A stretch of DNA of 64,000 bases. Origin: Verrucomicrobia bacterium UBA6614. GTDB taxonomy: Bacteria > Verrucomicrobiota > Verrucomicrobiia > Limisphaerales > UBA1100. The notes under the pieces are model-generated. The model was given only the letters and a program-made list of their open reading frames with translations. It was not told where the DNA came from and searched no databases. The DNA is taken from contig DJHS01000054.1 in assembly GCA_002433235.1 (NCBI GenBank), forward strand, positions 17,918 through 81,917, in the 5' to 3' direction. The position numbers and the translations under genes were made by a program. Shown in pieces: positions 53,201-62,178 of the stretch (within the stretch, counting starts at the first letter, position 1; every line of letters starts with the position of its first letter).

Positions 53201-53393
53201 TACTGATTATCCTCCCTTGGGAAGGGACGGATATCAGATTCAGATTGCCCCTGTTGCGTTCGGAATGAACGCGAATCCTTTGTTTGATTCGCAAGCGGGA
53301 ACAAACATCAACCAGTTAAGGCGGGTTGTGATTCGCACGCCATTTGGAACAGCCATGGCGCCATCGACGGCGTATATGATGATTCAGCAATAG
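50232..53393 (+). CDS. large (1053 aa) secreted protein of unknown function with C-terminal IPT/TIG-like beta-sandwich repeats
   Basis: AGGAGA RBS at 50225-50230, then ATG at 50232. Signal peptide KRPLLALCAALLLGGGV. Segments such as ITIYGQRLDSVTSIKILD, LILQGSGFKL and LTIRGTGLDLALSVEFVD resemble IPT/TIG strands. N/Y/I/F-rich and visibly AT-richer than the flanks. Confidence 0.75.
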   Translation: MKWNGRKRPLLALCAALLLGGGVEGGAFSLIGPVNPGTPAVAINNANYYSFPPPGTVFPPGVNTPPNGTQQQGYLNHFDPMGWPVPIKQFYRWNFPELTYAFDSTFVHHFGHNGMQAIHSAFEVLNDFFQPQDGSYSGVSALNLIEEYDKHYATWKFNPSANVNNIVDMETMTLGLLVNHLGLGNPHRHCFTIRDILSYNPGASTGNFQIAIRNYDPFTYHPSRVINGVTYSYFIYSGVIGTPTVVDAIEYAISSDYEYSAVAGIRDVINFPNALPWPMIAPTVFRTPGVYFAPDDPLNKPAPQNVTRQVRSQPRHTLTFDDAGGLRYLYRTNNIVWETYDATVQRIEVPNMNPQKSGIPNANWPFNNFALRTFAGGAANAITPIHPAGVLRPQPVAAAFPAAAARSGLRGGIDKIQFTYQPYDSLLGTLYRSKTTVWTDVFVTNTLPSDVPQADPPYFAQKVGRTRAIPDIVFIADDLSLGAAGALPVIQIPGPGIDWDGSQIANNSQQGVTSQMLGPGVIEPPGATPIRYFFTTRAPFNSVIWTGEPGLEGNFITQFQWGWITNTGPNDYIKFPETDKTQVESIVGPSGTPPKVTRITVYDALGLNFQPVPFDIDRSRDTITIYGQRLDSVTSIKILDHDTIVDGNYVTLETIEARPYILSDQQIIIPPGTLGHKSVSPSTGTTGYRKIVLVNSKGESEAAFLYVVRDGRPIINSTQFDGLPLNTSKSLILQGSGFKLSGGDVNQLWFFDDSNSSNYNLEPGSAPGAFPDPIAILDINSSNTSFASTTGVPVNYSDIVVTDTMIYLPPNILSDGNYTYTTSGFGSMGLGTVMGRSDGNNTSIAVDAFTRQVRLVFNPDDNGLPNANVNISPPRALSQAYTHLGVGGDRNSTVSGYPLVTPNIVEVFTSAAIPGVPATPDDANRTWIRGNDADVLTIRGTGLDLALSVEFVDGNGNPILSTDPATGLPPQPISLRDAAEPSSLTAGITITDYPPLGRDGYQIQIAPVAFGMNANPLFDSQAGTNINQLRRVVIRTPFGTAMAPSTAYMMIQQ

Positions 53394-53423
53394 TCGAAAT
53401 GTTTGGAGAGTGGGTGAGTTGTT

Positions 53424-54308
53424 TTGAAAGAGTTTTTACATGTGCCAGTCATGGCAGGACTGGTCGTAGGGGCGCTGGGGGTGCGGCCCGGTGGGAGATT
53501 TGTGGATGGTACTCTGGGAGGGGGAGGACATGCACAGGTTATTTTAAAAGAAAGTTCACCAGATGGTTGGCTGGGAGGATGCGATCGGGATGCAGAGGCA
53601 TTGGCGGCAGCAAAGGCCAAACTGGATGGTTATCCCGGTCGATGGGAGGTTCGGCATGGAGCGTTTGAGGATTTGGGGGAGTGGGTCGAGCATGGCAGTG
53701 TTGACGGTGTTTTGTTGGATTTGGGGGTCAGTTCGCCGCAGTTGGATTGGCCCGAGAGGGGATTCAGTTTTGCCGCAGATGGCCCCTTGGACATGCGAAT
53801 GGATACCCGGCAGAAGATGACGGCTGCTGACTTGGTGAATACGATGGGTGAGAAGGATTTAGCTAACTTGTTTTGGGTGATGGGAGGTGAAAGACAGTCC
53901 CGCCGGATTGCCCGGGTTTTGATTGAAGAACGGGAAAAAGAACCGCTGGAAACAACGGGGCAGTTGGCGGCGGTTGCCGAGCGTGTCGTGCGGCGGAAAG
54001 GTGGGCGCCTGCATCCGGCGACGCGGGTTTTTCAGGCGCTTCGGGTGGCTGTGAATGATGAAATGGGTGCCTTGCGGCGGGGACTGCCGGTGATGGTTGA
54101 CTTGTTGAAACCGGGTGGCCGGTTGGTAACGATTACCTTTCAGGGACTGGAAGCGAAGATGGTTAAGGATTTTGGTGACGAGATGGCCAAAAGGGAGAAA
54201 CCAGTTTTGCGATGGGAGCGCCGAAAATCATTGAAGCCCGATGCGGAGGAGTTGGCTGCGAATCCAAGGAGTCGCAGTGCGCAGCTGAGGATTCTGGAGA
54301 AAATTTGA
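53424..54308 (+). CDS. rsmH: 16S rRNA (cytosine1402-N4)-methyltransferase
   Basis: A TTG start retains the conserved HVPVM motif. FVDGTLGGGGHA is the SAM motif. Also DLGVSSPQLD and FQALRVAVNDE. Confidence 0.92.
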   Translation: MKEFLHVPVMAGLVVGALGVRPGGRFVDGTLGGGGHAQVILKESSPDGWLGGCDRDAEALAAAKAKLDGYPGRWEVRHGAFEDLGEWVEHGSVDGVLLDLGVSSPQLDWPERGFSFAADGPLDMRMDTRQKMTAADLVNTMGEKDLANLFWVMGGERQSRRIARVLIEEREKEPLETTGQLAAVAERVVRRKGGRLHPATRVFQALRVAVNDEMGALRRGLPVMVDLLKPGGRLVTITFQGLEAKMVKDFGDEMAKREKPVLRWERRKSLKPDAEELAANPRSRSAQLRILEKI

Positions 54309-54310
54309 GG

Positions 54311-56569
54311 ATGCGAAGTGAAATGACAAACATGGGGAGGCGTTTGCTTATGCTTGCATGGGCCGGATGCATTTCGTTGGGTGTCATGGGGGCGTTGAGT
54401 GTGGAGTTAAAGCCGTATCCCATTATGGGCGAGTTGGGTGGGCACCAGCAGGAGCCTGTGGTGGCAATGGGACCGGATGGGGGGGTGATGGTTTGGCACC
54501 ACCAAGCGAACCATGCCGGATCGAGGGGGCGGTTGGTTGTCCAGAGAATCAATAAGGGTGGAGTGGGGATTGGAGTGCCTGTGCCATTGAGTGGATCAGA
54601 TTTTGGGGTGCGGGAAATGCGGCCGCAGGTGGCGCTTTTGCTGAATGGAGGGGCTGTGGTGGCATGGGAATCTGGGCCCAAGTCGAATCGGGATGTCCGG
54701 CTGCGGTTTCTTTCGGCGAACGGCTTGTTCACCTCGGAAGTTAAAACTGCAAATACTTTCACTGAAGGAGATCAGTTTCAGCCAGCACTAGCCGCCTTGA
54801 GGGATGGCAGCGTGATGGTGGCGTGGGTGAGCAACGGACAGGACAACAGCGGTAATGGAGTGTTTGGGCAACGATTCACGGCACTGGGGGCGGCGATGGG
54901 GCGCGAGATTCGGTTAAATGAGAATATTGAAATGAACCAGTCGCAGCCGGCATTAGCGCCGCTTTCGGATGGCAGATTTGTTGGTGTGTGGATCAGTGAA
55001 TCGATGGAAGGGAAGAATGAGACGGGCGCGCCAAATTTGCGGGGACATTTGGTGGGCCGATTCTACGGCGCGAACGGTATGCCGGCTGCGGGAGAGTTTC
55101 GAATCAACAGCATGTCGGGATTGTGTTCAAGACCTGTGGTTGCGGCATTGGGGGATGGATTTGTGGCTGCTTGGGAAAAACGTGATGAGGTGGAGATGAT
55201 GAACCAAACGGATATATTTGTGCGGTCATTTGGGAGGAATGGGTTGCCGACCGGCATGGAGGCCCGATGGAATGCGTACAAGGCTGGTCGTCAGGGCCGG
55301 ATTTCATTGGCAACCCAAGGAGGGGATGGCTTGCTCGTTTGGGAAAGTGAAGTCAGGGCGACCTTGGGAAGGGAAATTCATGGTCGGATGCTTTCTGGTG
55401 GGGCGGAGTTTCGGGTTAATGAGCGGGTGAAATATCATCAGCAACAACCAGCCGTTGTGAGTTTGGGACAGGGAGGCTTTCTGGTGACTTGGGTTGATTT
55501 TGTGAAATCAAACAACGCGATCCTGACGGCTGTCCAGTATGGTTCTTCATCAGTTGGCGATTTAACGAAAGGAGCACATGTAAGCTATCAGGAGACGGGG
55601 ACAAAACCTTTGGTCCTGACGGCGCATATTGAAACACAGGATGATCCCGTGGGCGCTGCAATTGAGAATCAGGTGTTGGAGCAGCAGTTGGCGGTTGAAT
55701 TTTCAGCAGATGAAAAAACACGCCAAGCAGCGGTAGTCGCCCAAGCGGCTGCCGCTGTGAAAGCCAGTGGTTTGTTGCAGCAAATGGCGGCCAAGGCTCC
55801 AGCGGCGACTGCGGTAGGAGGATTGTCTCTCCAAAGCGGGGGAATTCGCCGGACGCCTATGGGTTTTGCAAGTGCAGCGGCGCCAGCTCAGTCACTTGCA
55901 CAGACACCCTCGATTAAAGCGGGGCGTGAAGCCCTTGAGTCGGTTGCACAAGCCAGTCTACATGGCACCAGGGTGGCTCCAACGCAGCCCATGCTCAGGA
56001 CAAACTTCAGTTTTCCAAGGCCAGTGCAAACGCAAACGGCTGGAAATTCATACCGGACACCTCACGCTGCTCCTCTGCCTTCTCGATTGAGCCGGGCGGG
56101 ACTGTTGGCTCAACCGGGGCGTTCATTACGGGGGATGCGGTTGACCCGTCCCTCGGCGGTGACACAGCGAACGGCAAGCCCTCATCGACCTTTGGTGGGC
56201 GGTTCATCAATGACTAGCCGCCGGGTCAACACGCAGGGCTTGGCCACTGTGCGCTCTCAACTTCCTAGCATGTTGAGTCAACGATTGGGATCGGCATCAG
56301 ACCGGTATCGAAACATGACGCAACGGACACCGATGCAGCCGACTGTTCGCCGAAATGTGCCGGTGAGCGCTTCGTTGGTGCAGGGTAGAGGGAATTATCA
56401 GTTGCAGTGGAGGACACAGGTGGGGGCGCGTTATCAAGTGCAAAAATCGCGTGACAGCCAGACTTGGATGAACGAAGGGCCGGTTAGGCGGGGAACAGGC
56501 AGGGCAGTTCAGTCGCCGGTTGGTTCCGGTGGTTCGTATCGTTTTTATAGAGTTATCAAAACCCAATGA
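54311..56569 (+). CDS. secreted repeat protein: about seven ~55-aa propeller-like repeats, an R/S/T/Q-rich linker and a C-terminal YQVQ...FYRV module
   Basis: Signal-like RRLLMLAWAGCISLGVMGA. Repeats follow the pattern Q.QPA(L/V)A.L.DG.F.V.W ... G(V/I)F(G/V)(Q/R)(R/S)F...G....E(F/I)R(V/I/L)N. C-terminus is NYQLQWRTQVGARYQVQKSRDSQTWMNEG...YRFYRVIKTQ. Confidence 0.7.
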   Translation: MRSEMTNMGRRLLMLAWAGCISLGVMGALSVELKPYPIMGELGGHQQEPVVAMGPDGGVMVWHHQANHAGSRGRLVVQRINKGGVGIGVPVPLSGSDFGVREMRPQVALLLNGGAVVAWESGPKSNRDVRLRFLSANGLFTSEVKTANTFTEGDQFQPALAALRDGSVMVAWVSNGQDNSGNGVFGQRFTALGAAMGREIRLNENIEMNQSQPALAPLSDGRFVGVWISESMEGKNETGAPNLRGHLVGRFYGANGMPAAGEFRINSMSGLCSRPVVAALGDGFVAAWEKRDEVEMMNQTDIFVRSFGRNGLPTGMEARWNAYKAGRQGRISLATQGGDGLLVWESEVRATLGREIHGRMLSGGAEFRVNERVKYHQQQPAVVSLGQGGFLVTWVDFVKSNNAILTAVQYGSSSVGDLTKGAHVSYQETGTKPLVLTAHIETQDDPVGAAIENQVLEQQLAVEFSADEKTRQAAVVAQAAAAVKASGLLQQMAAKAPAATAVGGLSLQSGGIRRTPMGFASAAAPAQSLAQTPSIKAGREALESVAQASLHGTRVAPTQPMLRTNFSFPRPVQTQTAGNSYRTPHAAPLPSRLSRAGLLAQPGRSLRGMRLTRPSAVTQRTASPHRPLVGGSSMTSRRVNTQGLATVRSQLPSMLSQRLGSASDRYRNMTQRTPMQPTVRRNVPVSASLVQGRGNYQLQWRTQVGARYQVQKSRDSQTWMNEGPVRRGTGRAVQSPVGSGGSYRFYRVIKTQ

Positions 56570-57096
56570 GAACCATGTTCAATAAAACAATCATCCAGAT
56601 TTTGGCAGCGGCTGCGCTTATCGCGCATACAGCAAGCGCGGCGGAACGGCCTGTTTTGGCGGTGCTATTGGGCGAGGGTGACGCGATGCGCGTGGAGTGG
56701 GAAACACAGGAAGGGGCTAGGTATCAGGTTCAGGCTTCACGCGACAAAACGAGTTGGAAGAATGTCGGGGCGCAAATGATTGGTGAGGGCCGTCCGTTGA
56801 CGGTGCCGGTTAGCATATCGGGCGGTCTTCCGCATTTGAGAATTCGTCGTGTGGATGACGGGGCTGATTTGCCGAAGCCAAGGGCGGAGATTACCAGACG
56901 AGGGAGGGAATATCGGTTGCGTTGGACGACTGTGAAGGGTGGTTGGTATCAGGTGCAGGGTTCAGTTGATGAGATGGCGTGGGCGAATATGGGGGATGTA
57001 CGGCGTGGGTCGGGGCAGATGGATTTCGTTGTGGTGGATGTTCTGGGTGATATCCGGTTTTACAGGGTGTTGTTGGTGGGGAGGGAAAGGGAATGA
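56566..57096 (+). CDS. small secreted protein made of two YQVQ...FYRV-type modules
   Basis: ATGA overlap with the upstream gene. Signal peptide IIQILAAAALIAHTASA. Module 1 is MRVEWETQEGARYQVQASRDKTSWKNVG...LRIRRV. Module 2 is YRLRWTTVKGGWYQVQGSVDEMAWANMG...IRFYRVLLV. Confidence 0.65.
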   Translation: MRTMFNKTIIQILAAAALIAHTASAAERPVLAVLLGEGDAMRVEWETQEGARYQVQASRDKTSWKNVGAQMIGEGRPLTVPVSISGGLPHLRIRRVDDGADLPKPRAEITRRGREYRLRWTTVKGGWYQVQGSVDEMAWANMGDVRRGSGQMDFVVVDVLGDIRFYRVLLVGRERE

Positions 57097-57452
57097 CCCG
57101 TCGCAACGGCACAATGTTGGCGAGGTTTGGTCCGGCCGTTAAGGCAGCGGCGATCTGTTTGGTAACATGCGGGCTCGGCCTGGGTTATGTTTGGCAAAAG
57201 CAACAGATTGCGCAGTTGGGCAAGGAGATTAAGGGGCTAGAAACGCGGCTGGGAGATTTGAATAAGGAAAACAAGGAATTGGGCGACACGCTGGCACAGT
57301 TAAAATCACCGCAGGTGCTGGATCAACTGGTGAAACAGTGGCGCTTGGAACTAGAGATGCCGAGGCCCAGCCAAGTGGTTGTCTTGGAGGAAAAATCTCC
57401 GACACGGGCAAACCATGATTCAAGTCGGCCAACCCGAACGGCAAGCCGATGA
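57093..57452 (+). CDS. ftsL: FtsL-like cell division protein
   Basis: 119 aa with ATGA overlap to the upstream gene. One TM helix (AAAICLVTCGLGLGYVW), then a coiled-coil/leucine-zipper-like stretch. Lies immediately upstream of ftsI. Confidence 0.65.
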   Translation: MTRRNGTMLARFGPAVKAAAICLVTCGLGLGYVWQKQQIAQLGKEIKGLETRLGDLNKENKELGDTLAQLKSPQVLDQLVKQWRLELEMPRPSQVVVLEEKSPTRANHDSSRPTRTASR

Positions 57453-57458
57453 ATTGAT

Positions 57459-59300
57459 ATGGAGGAATCCGCGACATCCAAAGGCCGGCGCTGGCTGTTG
57501 GCGTGTGCAGTGTTTCTGCTGTTGGCATTCTCGGGCTTGGCATATCGATTGGTCGATCTTCAAGTCTATCGGCATGATCAATTACGGGATACTGCCCGGG
57601 GCAACACGACCCGCACGGTAATCGTCCATCCGCGACGTGGTGACATTTTTGATGCGAATGGCAACAAGCTGGCGACGAGCCGCTTCGTGAAAACGATATG
57701 TGCGGATCCGGTAATGATAGGTTCGCATTATCCGGCCGTGGCGCGGGCATTGGCGCCCTTGCTAGGGTTGGAAGAAAAAGAGTTGGAAGCAAAACTGAAA
57801 CCGAGATTGATCCGCACCCCTTCGGGCCAAGTGAAGACTAACCGTTATGTTCGTTTGAAAAGAAAGGTTCTACCGGAGGTTTTCGAGCAGATTACGAGGA
57901 CGATGGCTGAATTCCCGATTGATGACCCATCAGTTGCGCTGGACAGAAAAAAGCAACGGTTAGTCAGAGATATGCGGCGCCGGGCTGTGTTCGCTGATCG
58001 CGCGGAGGATCAATTGCGTCTGTATCCAGCGGGCACCTTGGGGGCTCATGTTCTTGGATTTGTTGGCGGTGATGATCACCGAGGTAAGGAAGGTTTGGAG
58101 GCGGTGCTGGATTCCAAACTTACCGGTGCCCGTGGCTGGCGTGTGATCGAGACTGATTCAAAGAAGCGAGAACAGGTCGAGCGCCGGGTGCAGGATGTGC
58201 CTGCGAGGAATGGACTGAACGCTTTCCTAACACTAGATGCCGGGGTGCAGAACATCGTTGAAAGCGAATTGAAACTGGCTATGGAGAAACACCTTGCCGC
58301 TGGAGTGACAGCCATTGTTGTGCGGCCAAGGAGCGGGGATGTGTTGGCCATGGCCAACCTTCCGACTTTCGATCCTCGGCATCCCGGCGATGTTGAGGCG
58401 GCAGCGCGGCGCAATCGTGCGGTTACGGACACCTTTGAGCCTGGCTCAACATTCAAGGCGGTAACAGTTGCGGGCGCATTAAATGAAGGGTTGGTCACGC
58501 TGGAATCCCGTTTCCATTGCAGCAACGGCCGGTTTCTGTATGCAGGGAAAATTTTGCGCGACCATCATCCATACGGGCTTCTTTCAGTGGAGAAAATTAT
58601 TACTAAATCATCTAATATTGGTTCTGCAAAGCTGGGGATGAGATTGGGGGCGCCAAGATTGTATCAGTACATTCGTGATTTTGGTTTTGGCTCACGGCTG
58701 GGCATCCAACTGCCGGGGGAAGTGGGAGGCATCGTCCATCCGCTGGAGAAGTGGACCAAGTTGTCGGTCTCACGCGTGCCCATGGGGCATGAGGTGGCGG
58801 GTACGCCATTGCAGGTTACAATGATGATGAGCGCGATCGCAAATGAAGGCCGGCTGATGAAACCAAGAATCGCGGATCGCTTGGAGGATGAGCAGGGCAG
58901 GCTTGTTTTAAAATACCCGGCCAAATCCATTCGGCAGGTGGTTTCACCTGCCGTCGCCCATGAAGTGACCAAGGCACTGAAAACCGTGGTGGCTTCCGGG
59001 GGCACGGCGCGGCGCGCGGAATTGGATTACTATACGGTGGCTGGAAAGACGGGAACGGCTCAGAAAGCGGGGCGGGGCGGTTATATTCCCGGGAAGTATT
59101 ATGCCTCTTTCGTCGGATTTTTACCGGCGGACAGGCCCGAGTTGTGTATCCTCGTCGCGGTTGACGAGCCGCAAGGCGACTACTACGGAGGGCTGGTGGC
59201 GGCGCCTGTTTTTAAAAAAATTGCCGAAAGAACCGCCAGCTATTTGGGAATTCCGCCGGACAAAAAGCCGGAAGAGTTGGCTGCGGGAGATCGTCGCTGA
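57459..59300 (+). CDS. ftsI: peptidoglycan D,D-transpeptidase (class B PBP, FtsI-type)
   Basis: N-terminal TM helix and PBP dimerisation domain. Catalytic motifs STFK (GSTFKAVT), SSN (KSSNIG) and KTGT (GKTGTAQ). Confidence 0.92.
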   Translation: MEESATSKGRRWLLACAVFLLLAFSGLAYRLVDLQVYRHDQLRDTARGNTTRTVIVHPRRGDIFDANGNKLATSRFVKTICADPVMIGSHYPAVARALAPLLGLEEKELEAKLKPRLIRTPSGQVKTNRYVRLKRKVLPEVFEQITRTMAEFPIDDPSVALDRKKQRLVRDMRRRAVFADRAEDQLRLYPAGTLGAHVLGFVGGDDHRGKEGLEAVLDSKLTGARGWRVIETDSKKREQVERRVQDVPARNGLNAFLTLDAGVQNIVESELKLAMEKHLAAGVTAIVVRPRSGDVLAMANLPTFDPRHPGDVEAAARRNRAVTDTFEPGSTFKAVTVAGALNEGLVTLESRFHCSNGRFLYAGKILRDHHPYGLLSVEKIITKSSNIGSAKLGMRLGAPRLYQYIRDFGFGSRLGIQLPGEVGGIVHPLEKWTKLSVSRVPMGHEVAGTPLQVTMMMSAIANEGRLMKPRIADRLEDEQGRLVLKYPAKSIRQVVSPAVAHEVTKALKTVVASGGTARRAELDYYTVAGKTGTAQKAGRGGYIPGKYYASFVGFLPADRPELCILVAVDEPQGDYYGGLVAAPVFKKIAERTASYLGIPPDKKPEELAAGDRR

Positions 59301-59305
59301 TCTGA

Positions 59306-60784
59306 ATGAGACTTTCGCGGCTGTTGGATGGGCAGGACGAAATCCAAGCCCGGGGCGCGGTGGATCCCGAGTGTGTCGGGCTGGCTTACGACTCGCGACG
59401 GGTGACGCCGGGCAAGGTGTTCTTTGCCCTCCCAGGGGAGAACACCGATGGGCTTGAGTTTGCAGCGGATGCTATCGAGCGCGGTGCCGTGGCGATTGTC
59501 GCAGAACGGAAGATTGATGCCGTTGCTGGCGCCGAATGGATTTTGGTTCCAAGTGCGCGGCGGGCCTTGGCGCAGGCGGCTTCGGTTTATTACGATGGCC
59601 CTTCAAAAAACCTGAAGGTTGTCGGGGTCACGGGCACAAACGGCAAAACCACCGTGGCCTATATGGTCCGACATCTCCTGCGGCAAGCGGGGGTTTCCAC
59701 GGGTATGTTGGGGACTGTTGAGTACGACTTGGGCAATCGTGTTTTTCCTGCCACGCGCACAACACCAGAGGCGCTTGAACTGCAACACTTGCTTGCGCAA
59801 ATGCGCGATGCTGGATGCAAGGCGTGCGTTATGGAAGTCAGTTCACATGCCCTTGCGCAATGCCGGGTGGATGGAGTGGATTTCGATGTGGCGGTGTTCA
59901 CCAATTTGACTCAGGATCACTTGGACTATCACGGGGACATGGTTTCGTACTTTGAAACAAAGGCATCATTATTTGAATTCGTCGACAGACGTAAACCTCC
60001 CGGGCTTGCCATCCTGAATGTTGATGATGATCACGCTCTCAGCCTAGTGCCGCGTCTCACAGGGAAGCCGCTTTTGTATGGGACAAGTAACAGAGCAGCC
60101 GTTCGCGGGACTGGGTTGCAACCAGCCACGGATGGCACTTTGTTTGACTTGAATTTGCGAGGGGATATTTCCCGTGTGCGGTTGCCGTTGATTGGACGGC
60201 ACAACATCCACAATGCACTGGCGGCGGCGGGAGTGGCTCTGGAGTTGGGGCTGGAATCAAAAGTGATTCGCGAGGGCCTAGAATCAATGCCCCCTGTGCC
60301 TGGCCGTCTTGAGTCAGTTGTGGCCGGACAGCCTTTTGTGGTTCTGGTGGATTACGCCCATACGGATGATGCCTTACGCGCGGTGTTAAAGGCTCTGCGG
60401 GATGACACGAAGGGACGATTAATAGTGGCGTTTGGCTGCGGGGGTAATCGTGATGCTGGCAAGCGACGGTTGATGGGGGAGGCGGCTGGGCTTTTGGCAG
60501 ATGAGGTAATCATTACCACGGATAACCCGCGGCGCGAAGATCCCGCGGAGATCGCTCGGCAAGTTGGCTCGGGCTTTGAATCGGTGCGCGGGAAAGGGAT
60601 GGAAATTGAACTCGACCGGGCGAGGGCCATTGATGAAATCATCCGGCGCGCCCGACCTGGCGATACGGTGCTGATTGCCGGCAAGGGCCATGAGACTTGC
60701 CAGGAAATTGGGGAGACGGTGATGCCGTTTGATGATCGCGAACATGCGCGTGCCACCTTGGCGGCGTTGGGATACGAGGAGTGA
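59306..60784 (+). CDS. murE: UDP-N-acetylmuramoyl-L-alanyl-D-glutamate--2,6-diaminopimelate ligase
   Basis: VGVTGTNGKTT P-loop, DNPR motif (TTDNPRRED), Mur ligase domain order. Confidence 0.92.
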   Translation: MRLSRLLDGQDEIQARGAVDPECVGLAYDSRRVTPGKVFFALPGENTDGLEFAADAIERGAVAIVAERKIDAVAGAEWILVPSARRALAQAASVYYDGPSKNLKVVGVTGTNGKTTVAYMVRHLLRQAGVSTGMLGTVEYDLGNRVFPATRTTPEALELQHLLAQMRDAGCKACVMEVSSHALAQCRVDGVDFDVAVFTNLTQDHLDYHGDMVSYFETKASLFEFVDRRKPPGLAILNVDDDHALSLVPRLTGKPLLYGTSNRAAVRGTGLQPATDGTLFDLNLRGDISRVRLPLIGRHNIHNALAAAGVALELGLESKVIREGLESMPPVPGRLESVVAGQPFVVLVDYAHTDDALRAVLKALRDDTKGRLIVAFGCGGNRDAGKRRLMGEAAGLLADEVIITTDNPRREDPAEIARQVGSGFESVRGKGMEIELDRARAIDEIIRRARPGDTVLIAGKGHETCQEIGETVMPFDDREHARATLAALGYEE

Positions 60785-60785
60785 A

Positions 60786-62150
60786 ATGGAAGCTCGGCCC
60801 CTCCATTACATCGCCGAGGCTGTGAAGGGTCGGCTTGTGCGCGGTGATGGCGGGACATTTGTGCATCGCCTGATCACAGACTCACGAAAGATCCAGCCCG
60901 AAGATTTGTTTCTGGCTATTCAGGGGGACAGATTTGACGGGCACGATTATTTGGAACAGGTGGTTCAAGGGGGTGCCGCCGCAGTGTTGGTGGACCGGCC
61001 CGTTGATGTGGATTGCGCTGTGATCGAAGTGGATGACACCCGATCCGCGCTCGGACGGTTTGGCGCACGATATCGGCATGATTATCATCTTCCGGTTGTG
61101 GGTGTGGCCGGCTCAAATGGTAAAACCACCACGAAGGAGTTGTTGGCGTCCATCCTGCGCCGGCATTTTGCTGCGGTGTGGAGCGAGGCTAGTTTTAACA
61201 ATGATATCGGGGTGCCACTGACCTTGTTGAAAATTGAGAATTTTCATCATGCAGCCGTGCTGGAACTGGGGACGAATCATCATGGGGAACTGGCCGGGCT
61301 GGTGAGGATGGCGGCACCACAATATGGCATCCTTACCTCGATTGGTCGGGAACATTTGGAGTTTTTCGGCAACGTTGAAGGTGTGGCCCAGGAGGAAGGG
61401 ATGCTGGGGGAATTGTTGCCAAGTAGTGGAAAACTATTCCTGTACGGCGACAGTGAGTGGAGTAAACCCATTGCGGCAAGGAGCGCGGCCCCGGTTTGTA
61501 CCGTCGGCTTTGAGGCTGGAAACGATTGGCGGGCGGAGAATGTGGAAACTCATTCCACCGGAATCTCGTTTCATGCCGAGGGGGGTATTTCTGGTGAGGT
61601 GCGTTTGAGCTTGCTGGGGAGGCATCAAGCAACCAACGCGTTGCTAGCCATGGCCGTGGCTGTGGAGTTGGGTGTGCCCCCAGATGCCATCTTGGCTGGG
61701 CTGGCCGAGTGCCGGGCACCGAGCAGGCGGCTGCAGGCGGAGGAATTGGGTGGAGTATGCGTGATCGACGATTCATACAATGCCAACGCCGATTCCGTGG
61801 CTGCTGCATTGTCGGTGCTCGCGGATATGCCTTGTGAGGGTCGGCGCATAGCTGTGGTTGGCTCCATGGCCGAATTGGGCGATGACACAGGTCGGGCCCA
61901 TGAAGAGGCAGGGACTGAAGCTGCGAGATGTGGTATTGATGTCCTATTTTCGGTCGGGTCGGATGCGCGGGTGACTGCCGATGCCGCGCTGGCGGCTGGA
62001 GTGACCGAGGTGGAGGCGTTTGACAACAATGTTTCCGCCGGGGAGGTCTTGGGCTTGCGCGTCAAGGCGGGTGATGTGGTTTTGTTAAAAGGCTCCCGTG
62101 CGGCGCGCCTGGAGGAAGTGGGTGATTATTTAAAGAAGGACAGAAAATAG
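60786..62150 (+). CDS. murF: UDP-N-acetylmuramoyl-tripeptide--D-alanyl-D-alanine ligase
   Basis: ATG at 60786, 1 nt after the murE stop. VGVAGSNGKTTTKE P-loop and DSYNANADS motif. Confidence 0.92.
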   Translation: MEARPLHYIAEAVKGRLVRGDGGTFVHRLITDSRKIQPEDLFLAIQGDRFDGHDYLEQVVQGGAAAVLVDRPVDVDCAVIEVDDTRSALGRFGARYRHDYHLPVVGVAGSNGKTTTKELLASILRRHFAAVWSEASFNNDIGVPLTLLKIENFHHAAVLELGTNHHGELAGLVRMAAPQYGILTSIGREHLEFFGNVEGVAQEEGMLGELLPSSGKLFLYGDSEWSKPIAARSAAPVCTVGFEAGNDWRAENVETHSTGISFHAEGGISGEVRLSLLGRHQATNALLAMAVAVELGVPPDAILAGLAECRAPSRRLQAEELGGVCVIDDSYNANADSVAAALSVLADMPCEGRRIAVVGSMAELGDDTGRAHEEAGTEAARCGIDVLFSVGSDARVTADAALAAGVTEVEAFDNNVSAGEVLGLRVKAGDVVLLKGSRAARLEEVGDYLKKDRK

Positions 62151-62178
62151 GGCGGACCGGTCGGGTCCGAGGCCGGAG

